Below the pieces are notes generated by a model. The model was given only the letters and a program-made list of their open reading frames with translations, searched no databases and had not been told where the DNA came from. From NCBI GenBank assembly GCA_963729625.1, contig CAVSOU010000004.1, positions 16,550 through 80,549 of the forward strand: a DNA stretch of 64,000 nucleotides. Reading direction: 5' to 3'. This document shows, piece after piece, positions 9,145-18,157 of the stretch. The stretch is from an uncultured bacterium (GTDB lineage Bacteria > Chloroflexota > UBA5177 > JANWHV01). A program made the position numbers and the translations under genes. The stretch's first letter is position 1; each line of letters starts with the position of its first letter.

Positions 9145-12100
9145 GTGGCAACACAGCTTAACCTCGCGGAAATCCAGCGGTCACGACATCAGGCGAATGA
9201 GCGGGACCGCAGTCATACGTCTCCGTTGCACTCGCGGTGGTCCCGCCGCGGCTTCCTGGCAGCCTCTGGCGTTCTTGCAGCCAGCACTCTCTCGGGTGTG
9301 AGTGGAGTCCTGGCCGCCAGGACTGGAAGTGTCGTGGCCCGGCGCCAGCGAAATGGAATCGTGCTCGAGCGCGACGGCCAAGTTCTCTGGACGCTCGACC
9401 CTACGCAGTTCGAGCCCGGCGCCCGGGCGACGATTATCGCCAGTGGCCGCGACGGCAAGGCCGCGGCAGTTGAGCTGCTCAATGCGCGGTATGCCGGTCT
9501 TGCCCTGTCGCTGACCGTGCGGCTCACGGTCACGCAGGGCGATCATCGGCTGCAGGTGTCCTGCCTGGTCGACGGGCTCAGTGCCGTGACCTGGAGTGCC
9601 GAGGTGCCGCTGTTCGACTGGCTGGACGGGCGAGCTGTCCCCCAGGCGACGCTTACGACGGCACAAGCACGCGAGGTGCTGAGCACAGTACATACGTATG
9701 GGCTCGGCGTGGTCCAGCAAGGAGCCGCACCCGTGCATGTGGCGCTCGAGCCTTCGCTCGGTCTTCGACTGATCGGACCGCTGGAACTGCAGGGAGTGTT
9801 CGGCGCCGTGCTGCCGACGCGGTGCATTGGTCTCGCACCCCTTCCCGGAGACGCGCCGTCGCTGCTGGCGCGCCCCGCATCCCGCCGCACGCTCCTCACG
9901 GCCGACCGCGGCGCCGCCAAGTGGCAGATCGACGTACAGAAGGCACACGCTGACGGCTGGGAAATTCGCGGCCAGGGATCAAGGCTCTTCGATAGTGTTC
10001 GAGCCGAGCTATCCCGGCAAGGCGCGGCCATTCAGCTTCTTCCCTCCGGCCAGCCAAAGGGGCGCCTGCGCTTCCACCCGATTGCCGGACAGTCGGGCAT
10101 GCTGCTTGATCAACCCTCGGTGGTGATAGCGCGGATCGGCGAAGAGGAATCGTATGCCGTGGTCGCCGGCTTTGCCGCCCAAGCGGGCTGGATAGCAGCC
10201 GGAACCGGCCGCGTGCAACTCGGGGCCGATCCCGAGACTGAGCCGCTCCAGGTCGCCTTCACGCAGCACGGTACGCAGACGCTGATCTGTTGTCCTGCGG
10301 TGCGAACCCTCGTCCTCCCGTTGCCTGGGGCATCCACGCTGCCGATCAACCTGCAGGGGCAGGGCCTCTCCGCCCAGCTTCGCTACGAGCAACTGTCGGA
10401 GCACGCTCATGCGCTCGTGCGGCCCACACCCACGCGGGAACCACTCGCAATCGTGATTCCACCTAACCGGCGCCCTACTGTGAGCACTCCCTTCGACTTC
10501 ACGGTGGACATCCTTCGGCATGATGATCTACTGGCGCTGAACATCGGGTTCGCGAATGCCCGACTCACGAGCGATACTCGCGGCACGAGGGTGGTTGCCA
10601 AGGATACCACGAAGCCGATGACCATGATCGTAACGTTCCCACCGCAGCACGTGGCCGAGCATGCCTACCCCGAGCACCATACCCCGTTCGACGAGCCCGG
10701 CCGGTGGTCCAAGCCGACAGAGTCGGTCTTTGCCAACACCTCGCGATTGGCCTTCCGGCTCCCGACCTCGGTCACCTCCCTCGACTACACCACTGCATCG
10801 CTGCTCGATTGGTCGCGCTTCACCCTGATCGTAGCCCCCACTGCTGCCCTGTCAGCGCCTCGCGGAGCACAGATTGCCGCGCCTTCGGCCACAGAGACTG
10901 CGTTGGAAATCCCCGAACGGCTGATCCTGTCGCCAAACGAGAAGGCCGGCTGGGTGCACGCATTCTCACCGGTCGTCCACAACAACCGGACCGAGCTGTG
11001 GCACACACGCCTGGCAGTCCGGCTGGACGACGGCCATGGCGGCACGCTGCTTGACGAGACGACTACCAGCTACCGCACGCTGCGCGCCATCTGGTCGCCC
11101 GACGTCGCGTCCGCCGCGGCGGACATATCCCCTTTGTCGCTGGCTCCGAGCGATCGTGTGCAGCTTGTCAAGCTCATGGCCACGCGCTACAGCCTCTTTC
11201 GTTCCCTGACCACGGCGTATGATTCCTCGGCTGTGGTGCCGGCTGAAACGGTCACGCGTCCCGACGATAGCAGCCCAGCCACCGTCAACAAGCTGATGCT
11301 GACCGCGCTGGGCGCCTGGATGGACGTACACGGGCATTGGGATCCCACGGCCTTCCCGTATGGATCGACCCCCGGTCTCAGCGTGGAGGACTGGACGCAT
11401 ATCGTGGGCATGGGACGCGACGCCTATGTGCGTGTCATGTACGGCGGCTGCCTCCTGCCGTTCGGCCACCGGGCGACGTTGATAAAAGTGGTGGAGCGGC
11501 AGTACTTCCCCGACAGCGTCGTCGCCAGTGCGTACCGCGCCCTCCCTGGTCCGGGCACTTCCGTGGGCCCTGGTGTGACCGCCTACCTGGTGGAGCGCGT
11601 GTATGTCGTGGTGCGCGAGCAGGAACGCGATTATGGCGATCCCACTGCGCAGACTCCCCAAGGCCGGGCGATGCCCTTCCAGATCGTGCGCATTCTCACC
11701 AAGACGACGCCGGACCTCGCGCTCGACGCGACTGCCAATCCGCCGATCCCGATTCCCGCGCTGGGCAGCACGGCGGGTGAAGCGTTCTGGCCTTCCATCG
11801 ACCTTGGCGGTGGGCAAATTCAGCCGTTCCTGTTCCAGCTGACCGGCACCGACCGTGCCGGCAACACCGTGACATGGACACAGCAGCTGGCGTTCCTGGA
11901 CGAAGGTTTCCAGGCCAATCCGAACGACATCATCTCGGCTTACAACAGGCTTGACCCGCTCGGCGATCGCCGCCTGATCCAGATGAACGGACAGAAGATT
12001 GCCTACGCGGTGCCGTCTGCCACCGAGCCTCACGCCACCACGTTCCCGACGGAGAGTATCAGCTTCGGTATCGCGCCCCAACCCTTCAGCGATCCGCATA

Positions 12101-14016
12101 GAGCGCACCTGCTGCCGACTATTGCGTACGATAATCCGATCACGGACCCGCAGACACTGGCTTACAGCATGCCGGTTCGAAGGCTGCAGGTGACGGACGT
12201 GGCGCTGCGCAGCCTCAGCCCCAGCCCGGACCCGCTCTACAACACGCAGGCGCAGGCGCTCATTCAGTGCGAGGCGCTCAGCCAGATCGCGGGTCAGGAC
12301 GCGGGGACCGCGTTGACCTATACGGAAACGTACATCACGCACGGCTTCGACCCCGCCTACAACAACGGCGAGGTGTTCCTGGGAGCCATTCCCGGAGCGT
12401 CATGTCCTGCCATCCACTTCAGTGCCGACCAGGTGGGCGGCGTGGCCGCTCCCAACTTCACGCTGGTCGGTCACTCGCGCCTGCTGGGACCGGTAACGGG
12501 CGATCCCAAGAACCCCGACGGGTCGCTCAAGACCCAGACGACGGGCGGGTTCGACCCGACCCAGTGCCTCAAGGATGCAGTCTTGCTCGGCGGACTGGTG
12601 CTTTCGGAGATCGTGCAAGCACTTGCTCCCGGCGGTCTCGGCAGCGACCCCAGCCACGCGCCCGTTTTCAAGTCGCAAAAGAAGTATAAGAATCCCTGTT
12701 GGACGGACCCCAAGGACGCCACGTCAAAACCCGACGGGCGCTGTGATCTGAGCAAAGACAACACGAAAGACAGCGAGCTGACGAGCCCGCCGAGCTTTGA
12801 TCCCTCCGCCCAGCCAGTGGCGCTAGAAACCTTCCTCCAGTGGTCACCAAAGCTGAACGGCAGCAACCCGCCAAGCACGACACCAATACCGCCCTTCTTC
12901 GGTATTCTCATCCCCTCCTACAAGGGGGTGGGCGTCAGCCTCTCGCTCAAGGCGTCGGTGCGGACCGAGCTGATCACCAAGGTCGATGCCAAAATCACCA
13001 AGGGCGGCACTCCCAGCGACCCGAACAAGCTCAAGGTCGAGGGAGCGCTGAACAATTTCTCCATCGTGCTGCTGGCGGTGCACCCGCTTATCCAGGTCGA
13101 CTTCAACTCGTTCACGTTCTCCTATTCCATGGATAAGGGCTTCGAACCGAAGCCCGACATCGACGGCGTACAGTTCCTGAACGAGCTGAGCTTCATCTCG
13201 AAGCTCAAGGACTACCTGGCGGGCCTGTTTACCAAGAAAGGAGGCAGCGGCTCCAGCGGCTCCAAGGGCAGCAGTTTCGGCGTGTCGCCCATATTCGACC
13301 TCGGCACCGATCACATCACTGTGGGAGCTAATCTGGCGCTGCCCAGTGTCTCGGTGGGGGTCTTCGCGCTGAAGAATCTCAAGCTCGGGGCGGCCATGAA
13401 GATCCCGTTCAGCAGCCCCGTAGAGTTCGACTTCAACTTCTGCAAGCGCGAGGACCCATTCTCGCTTTCCGTGTACGGCATCGGAGGAGGCGGCTTCTTC
13501 GCACTGGGCATCGCGGCCGCCAGCGATGACAAGCACCACGGAGGGCTCAAGTCAATCGAGGCCGCCTTCGAGTTCGGCGCCAATATCTCGATCGATCTGG
13601 GCGTGGCCAGCGGCGGTGTCTTCATCAAAGCCGGCATCTACTACAGCTACGATTCCGACCCGAAGAAGGGGACGCAGCTGCAGGGCTACCTCAAGATGGG
13701 AGGCTGCCTTTCCGTACTCGGCCTGATCACGGCCTCCCTCGAGTTTGATCTGACTCTCACCTACAAGTCGGTGAACGACAGTGTGGCTGGCGACGCGTCA
13801 CTGAAGATCGAGATCGATATCTTCTTCTTCAGCGCGTCGGTGACACTTAGTGTGCACAAGGAATTCGCCGGCGGCGGGGCAAGTGGCCAACCGGCCGCCA
13901 TGTCTGCGCGGCTGCCCGGCATGGCGGCAGCACTGCCGGCCGCCGGTTCCGAGCATACCTTTGCCGACATCATGTCGTCGCAGCAGTGGGGCGCATATGC
14001 TGAGGCATTTGCCTAG
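9145..14016 (+). CDS. Giant uncharacterised protein (1623 aa) with twin-arginine signal and beta-strand-rich C-terminus
   Basis: Long ORF; GAGGTGG RBS before GTG; WSRRGFLAASGVLAASTLSGVSGVLAA Tat motif; C-terminal alternating-hydrophobic strands (FEFGANISIDLGVASGGVFIKAGIYY). Confidence 0.88.
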   Translation: MATQLNLAEIQRSRHQANERDRSHTSPLHSRWSRRGFLAASGVLAASTLSGVSGVLAARTGSVVARRQRNGIVLERDGQVLWTLDPTQFEPGARATIIASGRDGKAAAVELLNARYAGLALSLTVRLTVTQGDHRLQVSCLVDGLSAVTWSAEVPLFDWLDGRAVPQATLTTAQAREVLSTVHTYGLGVVQQGAAPVHVALEPSLGLRLIGPLELQGVFGAVLPTRCIGLAPLPGDAPSLLARPASRRTLLTADRGAAKWQIDVQKAHADGWEIRGQGSRLFDSVRAELSRQGAAIQLLPSGQPKGRLRFHPIAGQSGMLLDQPSVVIARIGEEESYAVVAGFAAQAGWIAAGTGRVQLGADPETEPLQVAFTQHGTQTLICCPAVRTLVLPLPGASTLPINLQGQGLSAQLRYEQLSEHAHALVRPTPTREPLAIVIPPNRRPTVSTPFDFTVDILRHDDLLALNIGFANARLTSDTRGTRVVAKDTTKPMTMIVTFPPQHVAEHAYPEHHTPFDEPGRWSKPTESVFANTSRLAFRLPTSVTSLDYTTASLLDWSRFTLIVAPTAALSAPRGAQIAAPSATETALEIPERLILSPNEKAGWVHAFSPVVHNNRTELWHTRLAVRLDDGHGGTLLDETTTSYRTLRAIWSPDVASAAADISPLSLAPSDRVQLVKLMATRYSLFRSLTTAYDSSAVVPAETVTRPDDSSPATVNKLMLTALGAWMDVHGHWDPTAFPYGSTPGLSVEDWTHIVGMGRDAYVRVMYGGCLLPFGHRATLIKVVERQYFPDSVVASAYRALPGPGTSVGPGVTAYLVERVYVVVREQERDYGDPTAQTPQGRAMPFQIVRILTKTTPDLALDATANPPIPIPALGSTAGEAFWPSIDLGGGQIQPFLFQLTGTDRAGNTVTWTQQLAFLDEGFQANPNDIISAYNRLDPLGDRRLIQMNGQKIAYAVPSATEPHATTFPTESISFGIAPQPFSDPHRAHLLPTIAYDNPITDPQTLAYSMPVRRLQVTDVALRSLSPSPDPLYNTQAQALIQCEALSQIAGQDAGTALTYTETYITHGFDPAYNNGEVFLGAIPGASCPAIHFSADQVGGVAAPNFTLVGHSRLLGPVTGDPKNPDGSLKTQTTGGFDPTQCLKDAVLLGGLVLSEIVQALAPGGLGSDPSHAPVFKSQKKYKNPCWTDPKDATSKPDGRCDLSKDNTKDSELTSPPSFDPSAQPVALETFLQWSPKLNGSNPPSTTPIPPFFGILIPSYKGVGVSLSLKASVRTELITKVDAKITKGGTPSDPNKLKVEGALNNFSIVLLAVHPLIQVDFNSFTFSYSMDKGFEPKPDIDGVQFLNELSFISKLKDYLAGLFTKKGGSGSSGSKGSSFGVSPIFDLGTDHITVGANLALPSVSVGVFALKNLKLGAAMKIPFSSPVEFDFNFCKREDPFSLSVYGIGGGGFFALGIAAASDDKHHGGLKSIEAAFEFGANISIDLGVASGGVFIKAGIYYSYDSDPKKGTQLQGYLKMGGCLSVLGLITASLEFDLTLTYKSVNDSVAGDASLKIEIDIFFFSASVTLSVHKEFAGGGASGQPAAMSARLPGMAAALPAAGSEHTFADIMSSQQWGAYAEAFA

Positions 14017-14031
14017 AGAGGAGCATGGGCC

Positions 14032-17000
14032 ATGGCATCCCAGACATTGATGTGGACGGTCTGCCCCAACGGAATCTCGAACGGCAAGCTTCGGCTCGCG
14101 GCCGTCGTGAGCCCGCGCCTCGAAGGCGACAGCGCGCATCCCACACTGCAGAGCTTCCCCGACATGCTCAACTGGCCGGAAAAAGCGGTGACATTCAAAG
14201 TAATGCTCGAGTATTCCAAATTGGGTGCCGGCACGCGCGGCGCGGTGACGCGCGAGACCCTGGAAGCGACTGCGATTGGCCCGACGGCGGACCCGTCGAT
14301 GTGGAGGGCCATATTCGGCGACGGCTCAGGCGTGCGTGTCGACTCCTACACGTTCACCGATGTCTCCTCGCATCCCTTTCGCACCTTCTCGGTCGCGGCC
14401 ATGCGGAATCTCGTCCTGCAAAGCCATCTCAACCTGATCGCCGCGTCACCGCAATCGCCCCCGTCCGTCAAGCAGGTGCTTGCCTCGGACGCGTTCGGTC
14501 CATTGGCGACTGTCCTGCCGGTAGCCGATGCCCTGCTGGGGAAACCGGTCGTCCTCACGGCGGAACAGAAGCAGCTCATCAAACAGCTGCCGCCGTTTGT
14601 GCGAGCCTGGCGCGTACCGACCAGGAAGGGTTCGACGGTCGTGCCGGCGCAGATCACCGGACTCCGGTTCAGCATGCGTCCATCCAGGGGTATAGAGCTT
14701 CAGGCGCAGCGCGCCTTCGTGTTGGAAGGCCTGCAGTACCGCCGTCGCAGGCCGGGCCCGCATCTGTCCGCGCCGCCGCCTCCCAAGCCCGACTTCCACA
14801 ACGTGGTTGCATCGCTGGGGCAATACTCCGAGGTCGCCTCGAGAGTGGGTCTGACGTTCCAGCTGGAGGCGCCCCTGCCCGCCTCGCTGCCGCGCCTCGG
14901 GCTTGGTCGGGTCCGCATCTGGGTTGTCCCGACCTGGCACGCGACGGCGCCGCAGGCGGTCAACGTCACGCCAAAGACCGTCGCCCGCCTGACAGCCAGC
15001 AGCTTCGAGGCGGTCCCGCGTGACCCGGCGAGCTCGGGCCTCGCCGGCGGCTGGCTCACACTGGGCGACACCAGCGCCTTCACCATTGTCGAGCTTGACG
15101 TGGACGGCGCCTCGATGTCGCAGGCTGCCTATATGTCGACGCTCCAGGTGGACCCATCGGGGAATCCTTTTCCGCCTCCGCTGCGCAGTGCCGGCATCGG
15201 CGTCGCGCGCGCCAATCGCTCGATCGGGCTGCTCACCGGCGCGCAGAACAGTGCCGGCAACAACGCCGCTCTCAACACAAACAAGAGCGATCCCACCCGC
15301 GGCATTCTCCTCTACGCCGAGGACCTCACGCGGGGCTATCGCATTGACGTGTATCACCAGCCGGCCGGTCAGCAATTCGGGCAGTGGTATTCGCTGTTCC
15401 AGCGCCTGGGTACCTACTCGTTCCTGACCATGGGCCAGAAACAGCAGTTCGCCGACGAAGGGTGGGTGGGCTTCGCGGCGACGCAGGACGCCGGCACGAA
15501 CGATCTGAACGTGCATGAGATGCTCTTCCGCTGGATGGGCTGGAGTCTCGCCGCGCCGCGTCCAGGGGGGGCGATGGCCGACGACGGCACGGTGCCTGCG
15601 GCGGCCGACGGCACGCCGCAGGACTCCACGCGGACAACGCCGCCCGCCGCATCGCCCTACCAGGTCCAGGTGTCCTTCAAGCCGAAGCCCGGCAGTCTTC
15701 CGCGCCTACGCTATGGCGATACCTATCGGCTCCGCGCGCGAGTCGTCGACCTGGCCGGGAACAGCCTCCCGCCAGATGCCAGCTCGGCGGGTGTGAAGAA
15801 CTCCGAGACGGCGGCGATCATGTATGGCCGGTTCGACCCGATCGTGTCGCCGGTGGTGATCCCGCGCACGACACTGGGCCCAGGGGAGACCCCGACGCGC
15901 CTGGTGATGCGCAGCGCATATGATACAACGACTGATACGTACGCTACGCCAACGTCTGTGGAGCGGCATCTGCTGCCGCCACATGCGGCGCCGAGCGTAG
16001 CGGAGCTACACGGCAGGTTCGACGCCGTGAATGGGTCGGGAAAGTCTATCGTAGACGTCGGTGCCTATGGCACTATCCTCTCGCATGAAGGGGTGCCGCC
16101 GGATGGCGAGCCAGGGGCAACGCTCGTCGCACCGTACCTGCCCGAACCGCTGGCACGCGGGGCCACGTTCTACGGCCTGCCGCAGAGTCCCAGGACCTTC
16201 CAGCCGGTGCTGTACAGCGGCACTTGGCCCTCTATCAGCAGTGCGCGGCTGATTCTCGGCCCGACCTCGAAGCGGCAGGCAGGGCCGGCACTGCGCACGG
16301 TAACGCTTCCCAACTCGCCGCCGCTCTCGTTGCTGCCGCCAGTCACAACCGGTGCACTGACGGTACTATTGCGTCCGGGCGAGCAGGTGACCATGTTCGT
16401 GAGCTCAACACTCGACCTGACGAGCCTGCCGCTGTTGGCCATCTGGAACCAGCTGAGTCCGCGTCTCATCTCGAATGCCGATTTCGATCTCGCGCGCCAG
16501 CTGGTGGCGGCAGGGGCGTTCTGGGCCGTCACGCCGTACAGCCCGGTAACGCTCACGTACGCCGTGCAAGTACCGCTGGTGCCGGGCGGCAGGAAGCAGC
16601 TTCACTACAAGAGCCTGCAGGCCACGCGCTACGTGCCGGGTGAGACGGTCGTCAGGCTCGTCGGGTCGCTGGCCATCGACGGCCCCAGCACCGGCACTTT
16701 CCAGGTGGTGGCAGACTGGACAGATCCCCTCGATGACCCGACGACGCAGGCGCCGGGTACGGTCGCGCACAGCACCAACGCGCTTTTGAAGCATGTCTTG
16801 CCCAACCAAATGGAGCTTCTTCTCAAGGGTCGGACCGGCGATCTCCATGAAGTTGGAGATACGAAGGCCCACACCATCACCTACAGCGGCGTCGCGACTA
16901 CCCGCTACGCCGACTGTTTTGATCCGGAGACATCACCGCTCACGCGCCCATGCACGGCCATCACGGCGAGCGTGCCAAGCTCCGCGCGACCCGCTCCGCC

Positions 17001-18141
17001 GGCGGTACGCTACGCGATTCCCTCCGTCGGCTGGAGCGCGCGGCCGCGTGCCGGCTCCGAGAACGGCAGGCCGATCACAAGTCGGCGCACCGGGGGCAGC
17101 CTGAGGATCTATCTCGACCGGCCCTGGTATTCATCGGGTGAGGGTGAGCTGCTGGGAGTGGTGTATTACCCGCCGCAACCGCCGGCAGGCCAGGCCTCGG
17201 GAACGCACGCGCTCGGAGGGCAGCGCATAGTTCCGCCCGACCAATTGCGGCCTTACGTCACCCAGTGGGGAGTCGATCCCGTCCATGGCGGGGTTCCCAC
17301 ATTCGCGCCGAGCCAGCAGCCCGACGAATATATCGCGTCAAACATCAGCAAGCCCTCCAACTGGCCGGTTGCCGTGGCATTCACGAGCCAGTCTGTGGTT
17401 ATAGCACAGAATGGAACCTGCTTTGATGGCACGGCGGAAGTTCCGGCCGGGGCGAGCCTGGCCGGCCTCAAGCTGGATGAGATGACGGGCCGGACCGATA
17501 GCGCCGGCAGCCTGAATGTCTCAGTAGCGCCGTACGCGGTGACGTTCGACGCGGACCGCCGCCTCTGGTACGCCGACATCCAGCTCAATATCGGCCTGGC
17601 GCACATGCCGATCGTACGGCTCGCCCTGGTCCGCTACCAGCCCAACTCGATCGCGGGGGTGGAGCTGAGCCGAGTGATGCTTGCCGACATTATCCAGCTC
17701 CTGCCCGACCGGACGGCCACCCTCACTGTTTCCGGCGCCTCCGCGACCGTGAGTGTCACGGGACATAGCTACGCGACGCTCGATACGTACCGGCGCGAGG
17801 AGAGCACGTTGCCGCTGCACACGGGTACTTTGCTCACGGACTACTATCGCTTCCAGTGGCCGCGCTTCACGGCCACGTTGGAAGAGGCAGCGCACGTCTC
17901 CAGCGACCTGCAGGCCTGGAGAGCCGTCTCCGAACCGCTTGTCATGCAGTTTGACCAGGGAACGCAGTACGCCGAGTCGTTCGTCGTGCGGGCAGCGTTC
18001 AACAATCTCGAGCGCGGCACGCAGTACCGGATCGTGGTTCGCGAGTACGAAGGGGCGATGACCGATGCCAACCGCTCAGATCGACAAGACGTCTCTAGCC
18101 GTCTGGTGTACGCCGATGCGCTCGACTTGCCGCGTCTATAA
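14032..18141 (+). CDS. Giant uncharacterised protein (1369 aa), no signal peptide, Ig/FnIII-like beta motifs
   Basis: Starts 15 bp after the previous stop; GAGGAG RBS; YRLRARVVDLAGNS, LRIYLDRPWYSSGEGELLGVV, LWYADI, RLALVRYQP. Confidence 0.88.
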   Translation: MASQTLMWTVCPNGISNGKLRLAAVVSPRLEGDSAHPTLQSFPDMLNWPEKAVTFKVMLEYSKLGAGTRGAVTRETLEATAIGPTADPSMWRAIFGDGSGVRVDSYTFTDVSSHPFRTFSVAAMRNLVLQSHLNLIAASPQSPPSVKQVLASDAFGPLATVLPVADALLGKPVVLTAEQKQLIKQLPPFVRAWRVPTRKGSTVVPAQITGLRFSMRPSRGIELQAQRAFVLEGLQYRRRRPGPHLSAPPPPKPDFHNVVASLGQYSEVASRVGLTFQLEAPLPASLPRLGLGRVRIWVVPTWHATAPQAVNVTPKTVARLTASSFEAVPRDPASSGLAGGWLTLGDTSAFTIVELDVDGASMSQAAYMSTLQVDPSGNPFPPPLRSAGIGVARANRSIGLLTGAQNSAGNNAALNTNKSDPTRGILLYAEDLTRGYRIDVYHQPAGQQFGQWYSLFQRLGTYSFLTMGQKQQFADEGWVGFAATQDAGTNDLNVHEMLFRWMGWSLAAPRPGGAMADDGTVPAAADGTPQDSTRTTPPAASPYQVQVSFKPKPGSLPRLRYGDTYRLRARVVDLAGNSLPPDASSAGVKNSETAAIMYGRFDPIVSPVVIPRTTLGPGETPTRLVMRSAYDTTTDTYATPTSVERHLLPPHAAPSVAELHGRFDAVNGSGKSIVDVGAYGTILSHEGVPPDGEPGATLVAPYLPEPLARGATFYGLPQSPRTFQPVLYSGTWPSISSARLILGPTSKRQAGPALRTVTLPNSPPLSLLPPVTTGALTVLLRPGEQVTMFVSSTLDLTSLPLLAIWNQLSPRLISNADFDLARQLVAAGAFWAVTPYSPVTLTYAVQVPLVPGGRKQLHYKSLQATRYVPGETVVRLVGSLAIDGPSTGTFQVVADWTDPLDDPTTQAPGTVAHSTNALLKHVLPNQMELLLKGRTGDLHEVGDTKAHTITYSGVATTRYADCFDPETSPLTRPCTAITASVPSSARPAPPAVRYAIPSVGWSARPRAGSENGRPITSRRTGGSLRIYLDRPWYSSGEGELLGVVYYPPQPPAGQASGTHALGGQRIVPPDQLRPYVTQWGVDPVHGGVPTFAPSQQPDEYIASNISKPSNWPVAVAFTSQSVVIAQNGTCFDGTAEVPAGASLAGLKLDEMTGRTDSAGSLNVSVAPYAVTFDADRRLWYADIQLNIGLAHMPIVRLALVRYQPNSIAGVELSRVMLADIIQLLPDRTATLTVSGASATVSVTGHSYATLDTYRREESTLPLHTGTLLTDYYRFQWPRFTATLEEAAHVSSDLQAWRAVSEPLVMQFDQGTQYAESFVVRAAFNNLERGTQYRIVVREYEGAMTDANRSDRQDVSSRLVYADALDLPRL

Positions 18142-18157
18142 GGCCGCGTCCCGGGTG

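Noticed and set aside
10966-15516. Long antisense or alternate-frame ORFs (458, 356, 332 aa)
   Set aside because: Shadow ORFs of high-GC coding sequence; Arg/Ala-rich with no motifs.
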